From contig JBFLYH010000002.1 in NCBI GenBank assembly GCA_040756875.1, positions 350,526 through 414,525 on the forward strand: a DNA stretch of 64,000 nt, given 5' to 3'. Origin of the DNA: a candidate division FCPU426 bacterium. GTDB lineage: Bacteria; Oederibacteriota; JAAXVQ01; JAUVAV01. The notes below the pieces were generated by a model. It made no database searches. It had not been told where the DNA came from and was given only the letters and a program-made list of their open reading frames with translations. This document shows, one piece after another, positions 49,092 to 61,944 of the stretch; the first letter of the stretch is position 1; every line of letters begins with the position of its first letter. Position numbers and translations under genes: made by a program.

Positions 49092-49979
49092 TCACTGCCC
49101 GATAATCGTCCAATTGAACGTCGCCTGGGCAGGCGAGCCGGCGGCGTTGTAGGTCACTCCCTGAACACTGGTGGCGGAAACCGCCGCTCCGGAGACGAAC
49201 CCCGCGCCAGACGTAAGGCTGGCGGTGAAAAAAGGCGCTGAGGAAAACCCGTAGCCGCTGACATCCAGCGTGTAATTGCCGCTCCCGTCGGAAGTGGTAC
49301 TGCCGTAAACGATCTTGGGCAGATTGCCAGTGGTGGCCGGGTAATGAAGCGCCTGTGGAGCGAACGGCGCCGAGGCCTGGGTAACCGCGCCTGGCACGAT
49401 ATGGGTTTCCTCTATCGCTCCTGCTGCAATCATGGAACCTTCAATCACACCGGCGCCAGCCAGGATAAAAGCCGAAGAATCATGCCCATCCAGATTATTC
49501 GCATCCGAGGCATAAGTCGCGTTATCCGCATTTTGTGTGGTCAGGGCAGACCCTGCTGTCACGGCGTAGGCGGCAATCGAAACCGAACCTGCATCCAGGC
49601 TGGTGGCCGCGGTCAAGGCATACGGCACGCTGCCTAATGGCTGGCGGGGCAGCATTTCCCGGTCGCTTCCAGCCTTGAGCCCCACGTAATAGGGCTGGTC
49701 GAAAGCCAGGGTCAGGGGGTGGGAAGGGTTGGCGCCAATCACGCAGGTAAAGTATCCGTTCTTGGTCTGCACTGTGCAATCATCGGTCCAAAGCGCGCTG
49801 CTCTCCGGGTCCGAGGGCGAAGCGTAAAATCGTATGGTCAAAGCATACGCGCCGTCCGGCAGGGGCGCGCCGCTCAGGTACGTCAAGCGTCCTTGATAAT
49901 TGATCGTCCTGGGAACATCGGCCAGGGCGGCCTGGGCCGCAAGCAAACCAATAAACGCCAGTAGCAGTATTTTCTTCAT
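49092..49979 (-). CDS. Secreted fibre-like protein
   Basis: Signal peptide; VPRTINYQGRL..PRQPLGSVPYA; Ala-rich stalk with LDGHDSS; FNWTIIG C-terminus. Confidence 0.7.
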   Translation of the reverse strand: MKKILLLAFIGLLAAQAALADVPRTINYQGRLTYLSGAPLPDGAYALTIRFYASPSDPESSALWTDDCTVQTKNGYFTCVIGANPSHPLTLAFDQPYYVGLKAGSDREMLPRQPLGSVPYALTAATSLDAGSVSIAAYAVTAGSALTTQNADNATYASDANNLDGHDSSAFILAGAGVIEGSMIAAGAIEETHIVPGAVTQASAPFAPQALHYPATTGNLPKIVYGSTTSDGSGNYTLDVSGYGFSSAPFFTASLTSGAGFVSGAAVSATSVQGVTYNAAGSPAQATFNWTIIGQ

Positions 49980-50009
49980 ATCGAATCCCCCTTTATGCTC
50001 ATGGCCTGG

Positions 50010-50615
50010 CTATCGGATCAGCGCCACCTTGTGTTTGCGGTCAATGAGTATTTCGCCATCCAGGGACTTGACCAGAATCCGGCAGAGATACACACCCGGG
50101 GCCACGCCGGCCGCCTCCCAGGTGGTGATGATATATCCCTGAGCGCCCGGATCTTTTTGCTCGACGATACGCGCCACCCGTTCGCCTGTCAGACGGTAGA
50201 CATCTATCGTTACGTCGGCAGTCCTTTCCACCGCGAGGGCAAAATGGACCTGCTGCTTGGCGGGATTGGGATAGGCCAGCAATCCGCCCTCGTTTATTTT
50301 TAACCCGGCTGTCTGCGTGGGAGTAATGACTGCGGTGGAAGTGACCGAAGGCGTAGCCAGCGGCAGAAAATATTCGTTGAAAAAACCCAACTGGATCGAG
50401 AACAAGCTGCCAAAGCTTTGGCCGGTTAACGGTTCGCCGAGCGAATCATGGGCCTGGATTGCGGAGGCTGTCAGGGTATTCCCCGCGCTGTTCATCATCC
50501 ATTTTTCCACGCAACTGTCAGCATCCGCGCCGAATCCTGCAAACGGCAGGATGAGCAGGCAGGTGAAACCCATGACAAAATTGATGAAATTGCGACCGCT
50601 GGATGCGCTTGGCAA
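50010..50615 (-). CDS. Small T9SS-type CTD protein
   Basis: Short SAG..SLGEP..LGF segment followed by AYPNPA..IDVYRLTGERV..WEAAGVAPGVY..KVALIR. Confidence 0.8.
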   Translation of the reverse strand: MPSASSGRNFINFVMGFTCLLILPFAGFGADADSCVEKWMMNSAGNTLTASAIQAHDSLGEPLTGQSFGSLFSIQLGFFNEYFLPLATPSVTSTAVITPTQTAGLKINEGGLLAYPNPAKQQVHFALAVERTADVTIDVYRLTGERVARIVEQKDPGAQGYIITTWEAAGVAPGVYLCRILVKSLDGEILIDRKHKVALIR

Positions 50616-50689
50616 TGTTGCCCCCCCGACTTCCCCGGATTGTACGCCTATTCGACTGACTTTAAAAGTGGTTTTGGGGGGTTTTAAGG

Positions 50690-50737
50690 ATGGAAAGAGG
50701 TGCGGTCTTTAAGGTCACAATTTGTGACCTTAAAAGC
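50690..50737 (+). pseudogene. Orphan ORF6N-like fragment / perfect palindrome
   Basis: TTTAAGGTCACAA-T-TTGTGACCTTAAA (50708-50734) reads WKEVRSLRSQFVTLK, aligning with FKEFYNLKCHFGTSS of ORF6N. Confidence 0.55.
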
Positions 50738-50794
50738 GAAGACGCCACCGCAAATATTTACCTCAGGTTTTGCCGGATTCCTGCTTTTTGCGAT

Positions 50795-50827
50795 AAAAAA
50801 AACGGCCCTCGGAAGAGGGCCGTTTTT
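50795..50827 (-). terminator. Rho-independent terminator (bidirectional shape)
   Basis: AAAAAAAACGGCCCTC-GGAA-GAGGGCCGTTTTT. Confidence 0.9.
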
Positions 50828-50868
50828 GTACCTTACAGCGGGCGATAAATTACCGCCCGGGGACTGGC

Positions 50869-51072
50869 TTAGGCAATTTTGGAAACGTTGGCTGCTTGCG
50901 GCCCTTTGGGGCCGTCTACGACGTCGAATTCAACCTTGTCCCCTTCTGACAAGCTCTTGAACCCCTCGCCTTTGAGGGCCGAAAAATGCACGAACACGTC
51001 TTTGCCGCCTTCGCGTTCCAGAAAACCAAACCCTTTTGCGTCATTGAACCACTTCACTTTGCCTTGAATCAT
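50869..51072 (-). CDS. cspA: Cold-shock protein
   Basis: [21 protein letters not shown] and [10 protein letters not shown] motifs. Confidence 0.95.
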   Translation of the reverse strand: MIQGKVKWFNDAKGFGFLEREGGKDVFVHFSALKGEGFKSLSEGDKVEFDVVDGPKGPQAANVSKIA

Positions 51073-51280
51073 TAAATGCGTGCCTCCTTTAGAATGGACC
51101 TGCCTGGATTCCGCCGGTTCGGGCTGAACCCTTATATGTGCACGATGAACCTATTCGGGCCAAATGTCAACGCTTTCTTTCGCTTTTCGCACAACCGCCG
51201 GCGCGGTGTGCCGGTCAGGATTTGGTTTAAGCTCGGGTAAAACCGGAGAGCTATTGCACGATCGAGGGGCGGATTGCCGT

Positions 51281-51682
51281 TCATTTCCCCTTATAAATCG
51301 CCCCGACCACCAGTCCGCAGGCGGCGAACTCCACCAGGCCGCCCAGCACCCAGCCCACGGTCAATCCCAGGGGGATGGGGTAGACGACATACTGGCTCAA
51401 AATATGTGGGATCTGATAAAAGCAACCGGCAATCAGCCCAAAGCGCAGGCCTTCCATGAGTCCTTTGCCTTTATAGCCTTGGGCGAAGATGAACACGAAC
51501 AAAAAGGACATCAGCAGATAGGACAGCAGCATGATCCACATCAGCGACATCATGTTCGGACGCCAGAGTTGCTGCATGGCGCTATAGTACGGGGTAAGAA
51601 TCATGTTGTGCAAAGGATGGTCCAGGATCATGAGGGCCGCAAAAGCCGCCAGGCTGGCCCAAATCCAACGCTTGATGTTCAT
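51281..51682 (-). CDS. Small 4-TM membrane protein (DUF1761-like)
   Basis: Hydrophobic segments; EGLRFG motif. Confidence 0.6.
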   Translation of the reverse strand: MNIKRWIWASLAAFAALMILDHPLHNMILTPYYSAMQQLWRPNMMSLMWIMLLSYLLMSFLFVFIFAQGYKGKGLMEGLRFGLIAGCFYQIPHILSQYVVYPIPLGLTVGWVLGGLVEFAACGLVVGAIYKGK

Positions 51683-51796
51683 ACTGCCCTCCTTTTTATT
51701 TTGGATTGAGAAATGGTCCTCGTATCCAAATAGCACCTTATCTTAATCCCACTCATTTTTTTGGGCAAGGGATGAATGACAGGGGGAAAAGCGAAG

Positions 51797-52231
51797 TTAG
51801 CCGCGCGTGTGGGGTTTGCGGCGGCGCATGGTGTCCGCGACCCTGAGCCGGGCCAGGGCCTTGTGCAGGGAGATTTCAGCCTGGTCCAGGTCCTTGCCCC
51901 GCACGCCTTTTTTCATCTGAGCCACGGCCCGTTCCCGTTCCTTGCGGGCGGCCTCGATGTCAATATCCTCCGCGCGCTCGGCCGTATCGGCCAGGATCAG
52001 GGTTTTGCCGGGCATGATCTCGGCGAAGCCGCCGCCCAGGACGTACAGCGTCTCCTGGCCTTCGGCCTTGATTTTGAGCTGGCCAGGGCGCAGGGCCATG
52101 ACCATGGGCACGTGCCCGGCCAGCACGCCGAAACTGCCGTGCAGGCCCGGGCAGGTCACTTCCTCCACGGTCTGCGTGAGCATGTGCCGCTCCGGCGTCA
52201 CCAGTTCCAGTTGAAAGGTCTTGTCCGCCAT
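51797..52231 (-). CDS. atpC: ATP synthase epsilon
   Basis: LELVTPER, GVLAGH, ILADTAE; operon position. Confidence 0.95.
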   Translation of the reverse strand: MADKTFQLELVTPERHMLTQTVEEVTCPGLHGSFGVLAGHVPMVMALRPGQLKIKAEGQETLYVLGGGFAEIMPGKTLILADTAERAEDIDIEAARKERERAVAQMKKGVRGKDLDQAEISLHKALARLRVADTMRRRKPHTRG

Positions 52232-52240
52232 AATCCGCCT

Positions 52241-53731
<1,491 letters not shown>

Positions 53732-53737
53732 TTAAAA

Positions 53738-54601
53738 CTACGCCATGACCGCCTCGGCGCTGCCCACCACTTCGGCGATCTCCCGGGTGATCATCGCCTG
53801 GCGCGCCCGGTTCATTTTCAAGGTCAAATCCCCGATCATCTCGCCCGCGTTGTCCGTGGCATTGTCCATGGCCTGCATGCGTGCGGCCTGTTCCGCGGCC
53901 TTGGATTCCAGCAGAGCGTGCCACAAAGACATTTTGACGTAACGCGGCAGCAGGGCCGCCAGGATTTCCGCCGCGTCGGGTTCGAATTCGAATTCCCGGT
54001 AGCGCCCCAGGGGCTGCGTATCCGCCGGCGGCAGGGGCAGCATCTGTTCGGAAACCGCTTCCTGCACCAGGGCGGATTTGAAACGGTTGTACACCAGCGT
54101 GACTTTGGACCAGCGGCCCGCGGCAAAGGCCTCGATCATTTCCTGGCCCACCAGGTTGGCGTGATGCCAGTTGAGGTCCTGCCAGAATCCGGCCCATTCC
54201 CTGAACGGCTTGACTCCCGTGCGCCGGAAAAAATCCACGCCTTTGCGGCCGAGGACCAGCACTTCGGGTAGCTTACCGGCCGGCGCTTCGGCCAGCACCC
54301 GCCCCACGCGCTGCAAGGGCTGGGCGTTGAAGCCTCCGCACAAACCCTTGTCCGAAGCCAGGACCACCCAGGCTTCAGGGGCCTGTTCGCAGACGCGCAG
54401 CAGGGGATGGCATTCGGCCGGGGCGTGCCCGGCCAGCTGGCGGATCATGTCGCAGAGCTTGGCAGCATAGGGCCTGGCTTCCAGCAGCTGCTGCTGGGCC
54501 TTGTGCAGGCGCGCGGACGCGACCATTTTCATGGCGCGGGTGATCTGCTGGATGTTTTTGACCCCTTTGACGCGGTCGCGCAACTCGCGAATGCCGGGCA
54601 T
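53738..54601 (-). CDS. atpG: ATP synthase gamma
   Basis: ITRAMKMVA, DKGLCG and NRARQAMITREI motifs. Confidence 0.97.
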   Translation of the reverse strand: MPGIRELRDRVKGVKNIQQITRAMKMVASARLHKAQQQLLEARPYAAKLCDMIRQLAGHAPAECHPLLRVCEQAPEAWVVLASDKGLCGGFNAQPLQRVGRVLAEAPAGKLPEVLVLGRKGVDFFRRTGVKPFREWAGFWQDLNWHHANLVGQEMIEAFAAGRWSKVTLVYNRFKSALVQEAVSEQMLPLPPADTQPLGRYREFEFEPDAAEILAALLPRYVKMSLWHALLESKAAEQAARMQAMDNATDNAGEMIGDLTLKMNRARQAMITREIAEVVGSAEAVMA

Positions 54602-54627
54602 GCTTGATAAACTCCTTCATCTCCGCT

Positions 54628-54717
54628 GTCATTGCGATGAGCCCCTCGGTTTCCAAGGGGCGACGAAGCAATCTTCATCACTGGATTGCTTCGTCCCTTG
54701 CAGGGACTCGCAATGAC
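54628..54717. repeat. Palindromic REP/RPE-like element between atpA and atpG
   Basis: GTCATTGCGA..GACGAAGCAATC..GATTGCTTCGTC..TCGCAATGAC nested inverted repeats. Confidence 0.8.
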
Positions 54718-54752
54718 TGGCTAAGGTACAACCCTTCCACTTAGAACTCGGT

Positions 54753-56264
<1,512 letters not shown>

Positions 56265-56286
56265 GCGCGATACCTCTTCTTCGGGA

Positions 56287-56829
56287 TCAGTTTTCCGACA
56301 ACAGCGCCCGGCGCAACCGGTCGATGCGCGCCTCCAGGGTGCCGTCCAGCAGCCAATCGCCGATCTCCACGCGCGCGCCGGCGAGCAATTCCGTTTTCAC
56401 GACCTGCTGCAGCTCGATTTCGCGGCCGTGCAGTTCCGACAGCTTGGCCCGCAACTGGCCGAGCTGCGCGTCCGAAAGCGGAATCGCGGTGGTGACCGTG
56501 GCCACGCCGAGTTTGCGGGCCGCGAGCCACTCCTGGCGGTAGCCGGCCGCGATCGCGGGCAGCAGCGCGCTCCGCCGTTTTTCGACCAGCAGCTTCAGCA
56601 AGGAGCGCAGCAGCGGCGATCCCTGGCCCGCGGTCGCGGCGTCGATGGCTTCCAGCTTGCGGGACACGGGCAGGCGCGGATCCAGCAGCAGCCGCCGGCC
56701 GTCGCCCTGGCCGAACTGGCCGGCCGCCCACTCCAGTTCCTCCAGCAATTGCTCCGCCTGGCGCTGCTCCTGGGCCAGGCTCAGCGCGGCCTTGGCGTAC
56801 TTGGAGGCGATCACGGTTTCCTGGCTCAC
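56287..56829 (-). CDS. atpH: ATP synthase delta
   Basis: ASKYAKA, LLAG..IGD..DG; operon position. Confidence 0.9.
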   Translation of the reverse strand: MSQETVIASKYAKAALSLAQEQRQAEQLLEELEWAAGQFGQGDGRRLLLDPRLPVSRKLEAIDAATAGQGSPLLRSLLKLLVEKRRSALLPAIAAGYRQEWLAARKLGVATVTTAIPLSDAQLGQLRAKLSELHGREIELQQVVKTELLAGARVEIGDWLLDGTLEARIDRLRRALLSEN

Positions 56830-57344
56830 GAGGCTCTCCGCTCCGGGGAGGAGGGCGGGGCGAGCTTCTCGACTTCGCCGATGAACTCCTCCAGCAGCCG
56901 GCGCTGGGCTTTCTGGTCCACGCCGTTTCCGATCAGGCGTTCGACCGCGGACAGCGACAGGTCCGCCACCTGGGAACGCAGTTCACGGATCACCTGCTCG
57001 CGCTCCCGGGCCAGATCCTGCTGGGCTTTCTCCAGGATCCGCTGGGCTTCCTGCCGCGCGGTGGCCAGGATTTCCTCTTTGGCCAGGTTGCCTTTCTGCA
57101 CCGCGTCCTTGATTTCCTTGCGGGCCTGCTCCTCGATGGCCGACATCCGGCGCCGGTAGTCCGCCTCCAGGGCTTCGATTTCCCGCCGCCCGGACTCCGC
57201 CCGCTCCAGGTCCGAGGAGATTTTCTCGGTCCGCTCTTTCATGGTGCGGGTCAGGGGGCCCCAGAACAGGCGCCAAATGACCACCATGGCCGCGAGGAAC
57301 GTGACCACCTGGGTGATAAGTAAGGGCCAGCTGATTTCAATCAT
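56826..57344 (-). CDS. atpF: ATP synthase subunit b
   Basis: N-terminal TM, WGPL..ER, coiled coil. Confidence 0.92.
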   Translation of the reverse strand: MIEISWPLLITQVVTFLAAMVVIWRLFWGPLTRTMKERTEKISSDLERAESGRREIEALEADYRRRMSAIEEQARKEIKDAVQKGNLAKEEILATARQEAQRILEKAQQDLAREREQVIRELRSQVADLSLSAVERLIGNGVDQKAQRRLLEEFIGEVEKLAPPSSPERRAS

Positions 57345-57363
57345 GCCCGTGGCTCCTTGCCGG

Positions 57364-57807
<444 letters not shown>

Positions 57808-57814
57808 TCATCCT

Positions 57815-58537
57815 TCAATGCCCTTCGTGGGTTTGCACCGCTCCTCCGATATACACCATGGCCAGGATCATGAACACAAACGCCTGGATGATGCTGACCA
57901 GGATGCCCAGCAGGATGATCAGCGGGCGCAGCACCACCGGCACCAGGGTCAGCGTCTCCTGGATCAGGTTGCCCGACGGCAGGAAAATGATCACCAGGAG
58001 CGCCAGCACGCCCAGCAGGATTTCCTTGGCCAGGATGTTGCCGAAAAGGCGGAAAGACAGGGACAGGGGCCGGGCCAGCTCGCTGATCAGTTCGATCAGC
58101 AGCATGAACGGCTTGAGCCACACCGGAACCGGCCCGAACCAGTGCCGGATATAGCCCCACAAGCCCCGCTCCCTGATTCCGAAATAGTGCGTGGAGAAAA
58201 ACACCACCAAGGCCAGCCCCACGGTGGTGGAGAGCCGGCTGGTGCTGGAAAACAGGCCGGGAATCAGGCCCATGAGGTTGGAGACCAGGATGAAGAAAAA
58301 GAGCATGGAGAAGAGCGGATAATAGCGGTGCGCGGTGGGGCCGACCATGTCGTCGGCAAACTGGTAGATGATGCCCAGGATCCATTCCAGAAAACCCTGC
58401 CAGCCCCGGGGCACGGCCTGCAGGCGGCGGGTGGCTGCCCAGGACACCAGGCCGATGACCGCAACCGCGGCCAAGCTCATGAGGATGCTGGCGTCGAACG
58501 GCAGATGATACTCGACGGACTCCGGAATCGCGCTCAC
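57815..58537 (-). CDS. atpB: ATP synthase subunit a
   Basis: SNLMGLIP, RPLSLSFRLFGNI and QAFVF motifs. Confidence 0.95.
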   Translation of the reverse strand: MSAIPESVEYHLPFDASILMSLAAVAVIGLVSWAATRRLQAVPRGWQGFLEWILGIIYQFADDMVGPTAHRYYPLFSMLFFFILVSNLMGLIPGLFSSTSRLSTTVGLALVVFFSTHYFGIRERGLWGYIRHWFGPVPVWLKPFMLLIELISELARPLSLSFRLFGNILAKEILLGVLALLVIIFLPSGNLIQETLTLVPVVLRPLIILLGILVSIIQAFVFMILAMVYIGGAVQTHEGH

Positions 58538-58562
58538 GGTTTGGAACCCTCGATTCAGTCGC

Positions 58563-58910
58563 TTAACCGGCGACGGCCATGGCGCGGAACACGGCGGCCG
58601 GCAGCTGCACCAGGGTGTAGCCTGCGACTACCGCCCAAATCTCCACTGCCGGCCATTTGAGGGCCAAAAACAGCACAACCGCCAGCAGTGCGAAACGAAT
58701 CCCGCTATGCCACCACCAGTATCGGCGAAGGCGCTTTGGATCTTGAGCCAATCCCCGGCGAAGGCTCAGGCCGATCCAAAGGTAACTCATCGCTCCCAGG
58801 GCTTCCCCCACCAGCAGGCCCAAGGCCCAGCGCGGTTCCCGCGCCGCCCAGCACGCCAGGGGCGACAGCCCGATCAATGAGAGCCAAACGATTGCGGCCG
58901 GGCGTTTCAC
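58563..58910 (-). CDS. atpI: ATP synthase protein I
   Basis: 4-TM protein upstream of atpB. Confidence 0.7.
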   Translation of the reverse strand: MKRPAAIVWLSLIGLSPLACWAAREPRWALGLLVGEALGAMSYLWIGLSLRRGLAQDPKRLRRYWWWHSGIRFALLAVVLFLALKWPAVEIWAVVAGYTLVQLPAAVFRAMAVAG

Positions 58911-59143
58911 CGGCCCGTGCGGCCGCGGTCCGACCGCAGACTCGTAAAAATGCGGATGACATTGTAATAGCCCGCCACGATGCCAAGCACCATGAATCCC
59001 AGTGTAAGCCAGGGACCGCTGGCGAGCCAGCGGTCCAACAGCACCCCGATGCCCGTTCCCACGAAGATGCAGGCTGCCAGCATGACGCCGGCCAGACTGG
59101 CCTGGCCCAGGGTTCTAAAAGGGTTGTCGGCTGGGAGCGGCAT
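58907..59143 (-). CDS. atpZ: AtpZ/AtpI-family (gene 1) protein
   Basis: GIGVLLDRWL..PW..LG..AG motif; likely start 59143. Confidence 0.8.
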   Translation of the reverse strand: MPLPADNPFRTLGQASLAGVMLAACIFVGTGIGVLLDRWLASGPWLTLGFMVLGIVAGYYNVIRIFTSLRSDRGRTGR

Positions 59144-59148
59144 CCCGC

Positions 59149-59622
59149 TTAGCGGTTGAAATCGGCGGGTTTCAAATCTTGGAAAAACTTTTTGAACTCG
59201 ATCTTTTCCTTTTCGTATTTGGACTTGTCGGTGATGCTGGCCTCCACGATTACCTTTTCGGACACGAAGATCGGGCATTCGGCCCGCAGGCCGAGCGCGA
59301 TGGCGTCCGAAGGCCGGGCGTCGATTTCCCATTCCTCCTCGCCGCGCGTCAGGGAAATGCGGGCGTAAAAGGTGTTGTTCTGGATGTTGTGGATCAGGAT
59401 GCGCTCGATGGTCACGCCCAGGGTTTCCAGCACCGACTTCAGCAAATCGTGGGTCATGGGGCGGGGCACGTTGATCTTTTCGAGCGCGATCAAAATGGCG
59501 TCCGCCTCGTAGATCCCGATCCAGATGGGCAGATAGCGCTTTTCTTCCGGATCCGTCAGGATCACGACCGGTATTTTGGAATTGGCGTCCACAGCCAATC
59601 CTTTGACCTTCATCTCAACCAT
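59149..59622 (-). CDS. Bifunctional nuclease (DUF151) protein
   Basis: LPIWIG..EA, PRPMTHDLL and DARPSDAIAL motifs. Confidence 0.93.
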   Translation of the reverse strand: MVEMKVKGLAVDANSKIPVVILTDPEEKRYLPIWIGIYEADAILIALEKINVPRPMTHDLLKSVLETLGVTIERILIHNIQNNTFYARISLTRGEEEWEIDARPSDAIALGLRAECPIFVSEKVIVEASITDKSKYEKEKIEFKKFFQDLKPADFNR

Positions 59623-59754
59623 ACGTCATTCCTCCTGCCGGGCGCGGACCTGCGCCCAACCGGATGTGGATTATACTAAAACCCATTTGGCCCCACAAGC
59701 TGAAAAAACCCCGGGAAGCCTGTCTTTCATTCTCGGCAGCCCCTGGGGCCCGGT

Positions 59755-60324
59755 TTAGCGGCTCTTCGCCCCGCCCTCGCTGAAAACCAGGGCGGTGAAA
59801 ACGTACAGCTCGGTTTCCGGGTCCTGCCAGGCGTCCTCCGCCAGGCCGGCCTTGCCGCTGCACAGCTCGGATAAAAACGTCGGCAGGTCCCAGCCGGTTT
59901 CCACGGCCACCTGGGGGAGAAAAACCCCTGTCCGCCGGCCGCGCCGCACCAGCACCCCGTCCTGGCCGAGCCGGATCTGTTCCGGACGCTGTACGCGGCT
60001 GAGCGGCGAGAGCACGGAGATTTCTATTTCCAATCCGGACACTTCCTCCGGCCGCAGCGGCGGAAACCGGGGATCTTCCATCGCGGCCGCGGCCGCCATG
60101 TCCGCAATGGTTTCGGGCAGCGGCCGGTCGCTGCTCATCCGGCCGATGCAGCCCCGCAGCCGGCCGCGGTGGTGCAGGGTGACGAACGCGCCCAAAGGCT
60201 CCTGCAGTTCCGGCGGCCACCCGGCCGCGTTCACGGCCGGAAGCGGGGTCCGCGCCGCGGCCGCGGTTGCGGCCTGCCGCGCCAGGGCCAACAGCTTTTC
60301 CCGCCATTCAGCCGCTATTTCCAC
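59755..60324 (-). CDS. amrA: AmmeMemoRadiSam protein A (AMMECR1 domain)
   Basis: GAFVTL..LRGCIG, DPRF and FLPQVA motifs. Confidence 0.92.
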   Translation of the reverse strand: MEIAAEWREKLLALARQAATAAAARTPLPAVNAAGWPPELQEPLGAFVTLHHRGRLRGCIGRMSSDRPLPETIADMAAAAAMEDPRFPPLRPEEVSGLEIEISVLSPLSRVQRPEQIRLGQDGVLVRRGRRTGVFLPQVAVETGWDLPTFLSELCSGKAGLAEDAWQDPETELYVFTALVFSEGGAKSR

Positions 60325-60334
60325 GGGAACGGCC

Positions 60335-60946
60335 TCAGCGGATTTCGTAATGGGGGTAAAACTGCTGGGCCAGCTGCTCGCCCAAACCCCGGATCACGGC
60401 CTGGATCATTTCGTGATCGGTCATGGCGTTGTACGGCGCCAGGCCGTCCGGCTGCTGGGTGAAGCTGGAGTATTCGCTTTTGGCCCGCTTGGCCCAGAGG
60501 ATGCGTCCGGTGGTCACGTCCACGAAACGCATGGTGGCCGTGCCGGTCGCCACGCGCTGGGGGGAAAGGGGCGTGGGCTGGATGTCGCCAATGGACACGG
60601 CCACGCTGCCGGTCACAATGGCTTTCACGCCCAGCAGCTTGCCCACGCTCACCGCCGAATCCACGCTGATATAGCCGCTTCTCACCAATTGCTGTTCCTG
60701 CAACAGATCGTCGATCTTTCCGCGTTCCACCAGTTCCACGTTCGGCGCCTTCTCCAGGACAGCCACCATGATTTCGTCCGCCAGCTCGTGGCCGATGGTG
60801 GACAGGAAGCTGTCCGTCTCGAACGGCAGTATCGCGATCCGGTTGTATGCGCTCATGTCCGCCTGGGGTTGCACCAGAACCCGCTGGCCGCACCCGGCCA
60901 GGATCAGCAGTCCGGCCCCCAAGAGCGTCCTACACCACCTTTGCAT
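60335..60946 (-). CDS. CsgG/HfaB-like lipoprotein
   Basis: LAGC lipobox; IAILPF; VER..LLQEQ; VGKLLGV..GS; VDVTTGRILW. Confidence 0.75.
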   Translation of the reverse strand: MQRWCRTLLGAGLLILAGCGQRVLVQPQADMSAYNRIAILPFETDSFLSTIGHELADEIMVAVLEKAPNVELVERGKIDDLLQEQQLVRSGYISVDSAVSVGKLLGVKAIVTGSVAVSIGDIQPTPLSPQRVATGTATMRFVDVTTGRILWAKRAKSEYSSFTQQPDGLAPYNAMTDHEMIQAVIRGLGEQLAQQFYPHYEIR

Positions 60947-61005
60947 GCCGCACCTCAATGTTGATTCAGCTCTCACCCAAAGTATAGACCCCGGATTCCG
61001 GCGCG

Positions 61006-61770
61006 TCAATCACTCAAGCGCAAGGTCAGGCCGTCGTAGGCCAGCCGCATGCCCGGCGGCAGGGTCCGTTCGGTGTCTGCATGCCCCAGACGGTGGCACA
61101 AATGGGTGAAATACGTTTTGCGCGCGCCGATGCGCCGGGCCTCGGCCACGGCCCGGTCCAGGTGGAAGTGGGTATTGTGCGGTTCGCGCCGCAGGGCGTC
61201 GAGCACCAGCACGGACAGGCCGCGCAGGGCCGGATAAACGGATTCGGGAATGCGGGACACGTCCGTCAGATAGGCCAGGTTGCCGATGCGGTAGCCGAAC
61301 ACCCGCACTTTTCCGTGCCACACCGCGAGCGGCCGCACGCGCACGCCCTGGACCGCAAACGGCGCGGACACGGCCCGCAAGGACAGGCGCGGTTTGCCCC
61401 CGCCCTCCTGGGTCGGCCGGAAAACGTACCCGAAGCGTTCGCGCACCTGGCGCAGGGCCGAAGCCGGTCCGTACACCGGGAATGCGCGCTGCTCCCGCTC
61501 CGAGAAAATGCGCACGTCATCCAGTCCGCTGATGTGGTCCGCATGGGCGTGCGTCAGCAGCAGGGCGTCCACGCGGTCCACCCGGCTGCGCACGAGCTGC
61601 AGGCGCAGCTCCGGCGGCGCGTCCACCAGCAGGGTGGCCCGGCGGCTTCGCACCAGAAGCGCGGTCCGGCCGCGCTGGTCGCGCGGGTCTTTGGAAGCGC
61701 AGACCGCGCAGCGGCAGCCGATGACCGGGATGCCGTGGCTGGTGCCTGTGCCCAAGAAAGTGACCTGCAT
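61006..61770 (-). CDS. MBL-fold hydrolase (PhnP-like)
   Basis: LGTGTSHG.P..C.C..C; THAHADH. Confidence 0.92.
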   Translation of the reverse strand: MQVTFLGTGTSHGIPVIGCRCAVCASKDPRDQRGRTALLVRSRRATLLVDAPPELRLQLVRSRVDRVDALLLTHAHADHISGLDDVRIFSEREQRAFPVYGPASALRQVRERFGYVFRPTQEGGGKPRLSLRAVSAPFAVQGVRVRPLAVWHGKVRVFGYRIGNLAYLTDVSRIPESVYPALRGLSVLVLDALRREPHNTHFHLDRAVAEARRIGARKTYFTHLCHRLGHADTERTLPPGMRLAYDGLTLRLSD

Positions 61771-61944
61771 AGGATTCCACCATCCAAAACCAATATCGAT
61801 CCCCTCAAGGGAGGGGAATATTTTTAATTAATTCCCGGGGTCGCCAGACCAAATTTTTCTCGGGGAGAGGTTACGCTAGTAATCTATAGCACAAATGCCT
61901 GTCTTGCGATATGATTACTTTTCGATCACGGTTTAGGAGCCTGC

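Noticed and set aside
48505-49979. Prophage remnant (ORF6N plus fibre-like gene)
   Set aside because: No structural, terminase or integrase genes; the fibre has a Sec signal peptide, indicating a cellular adhesin
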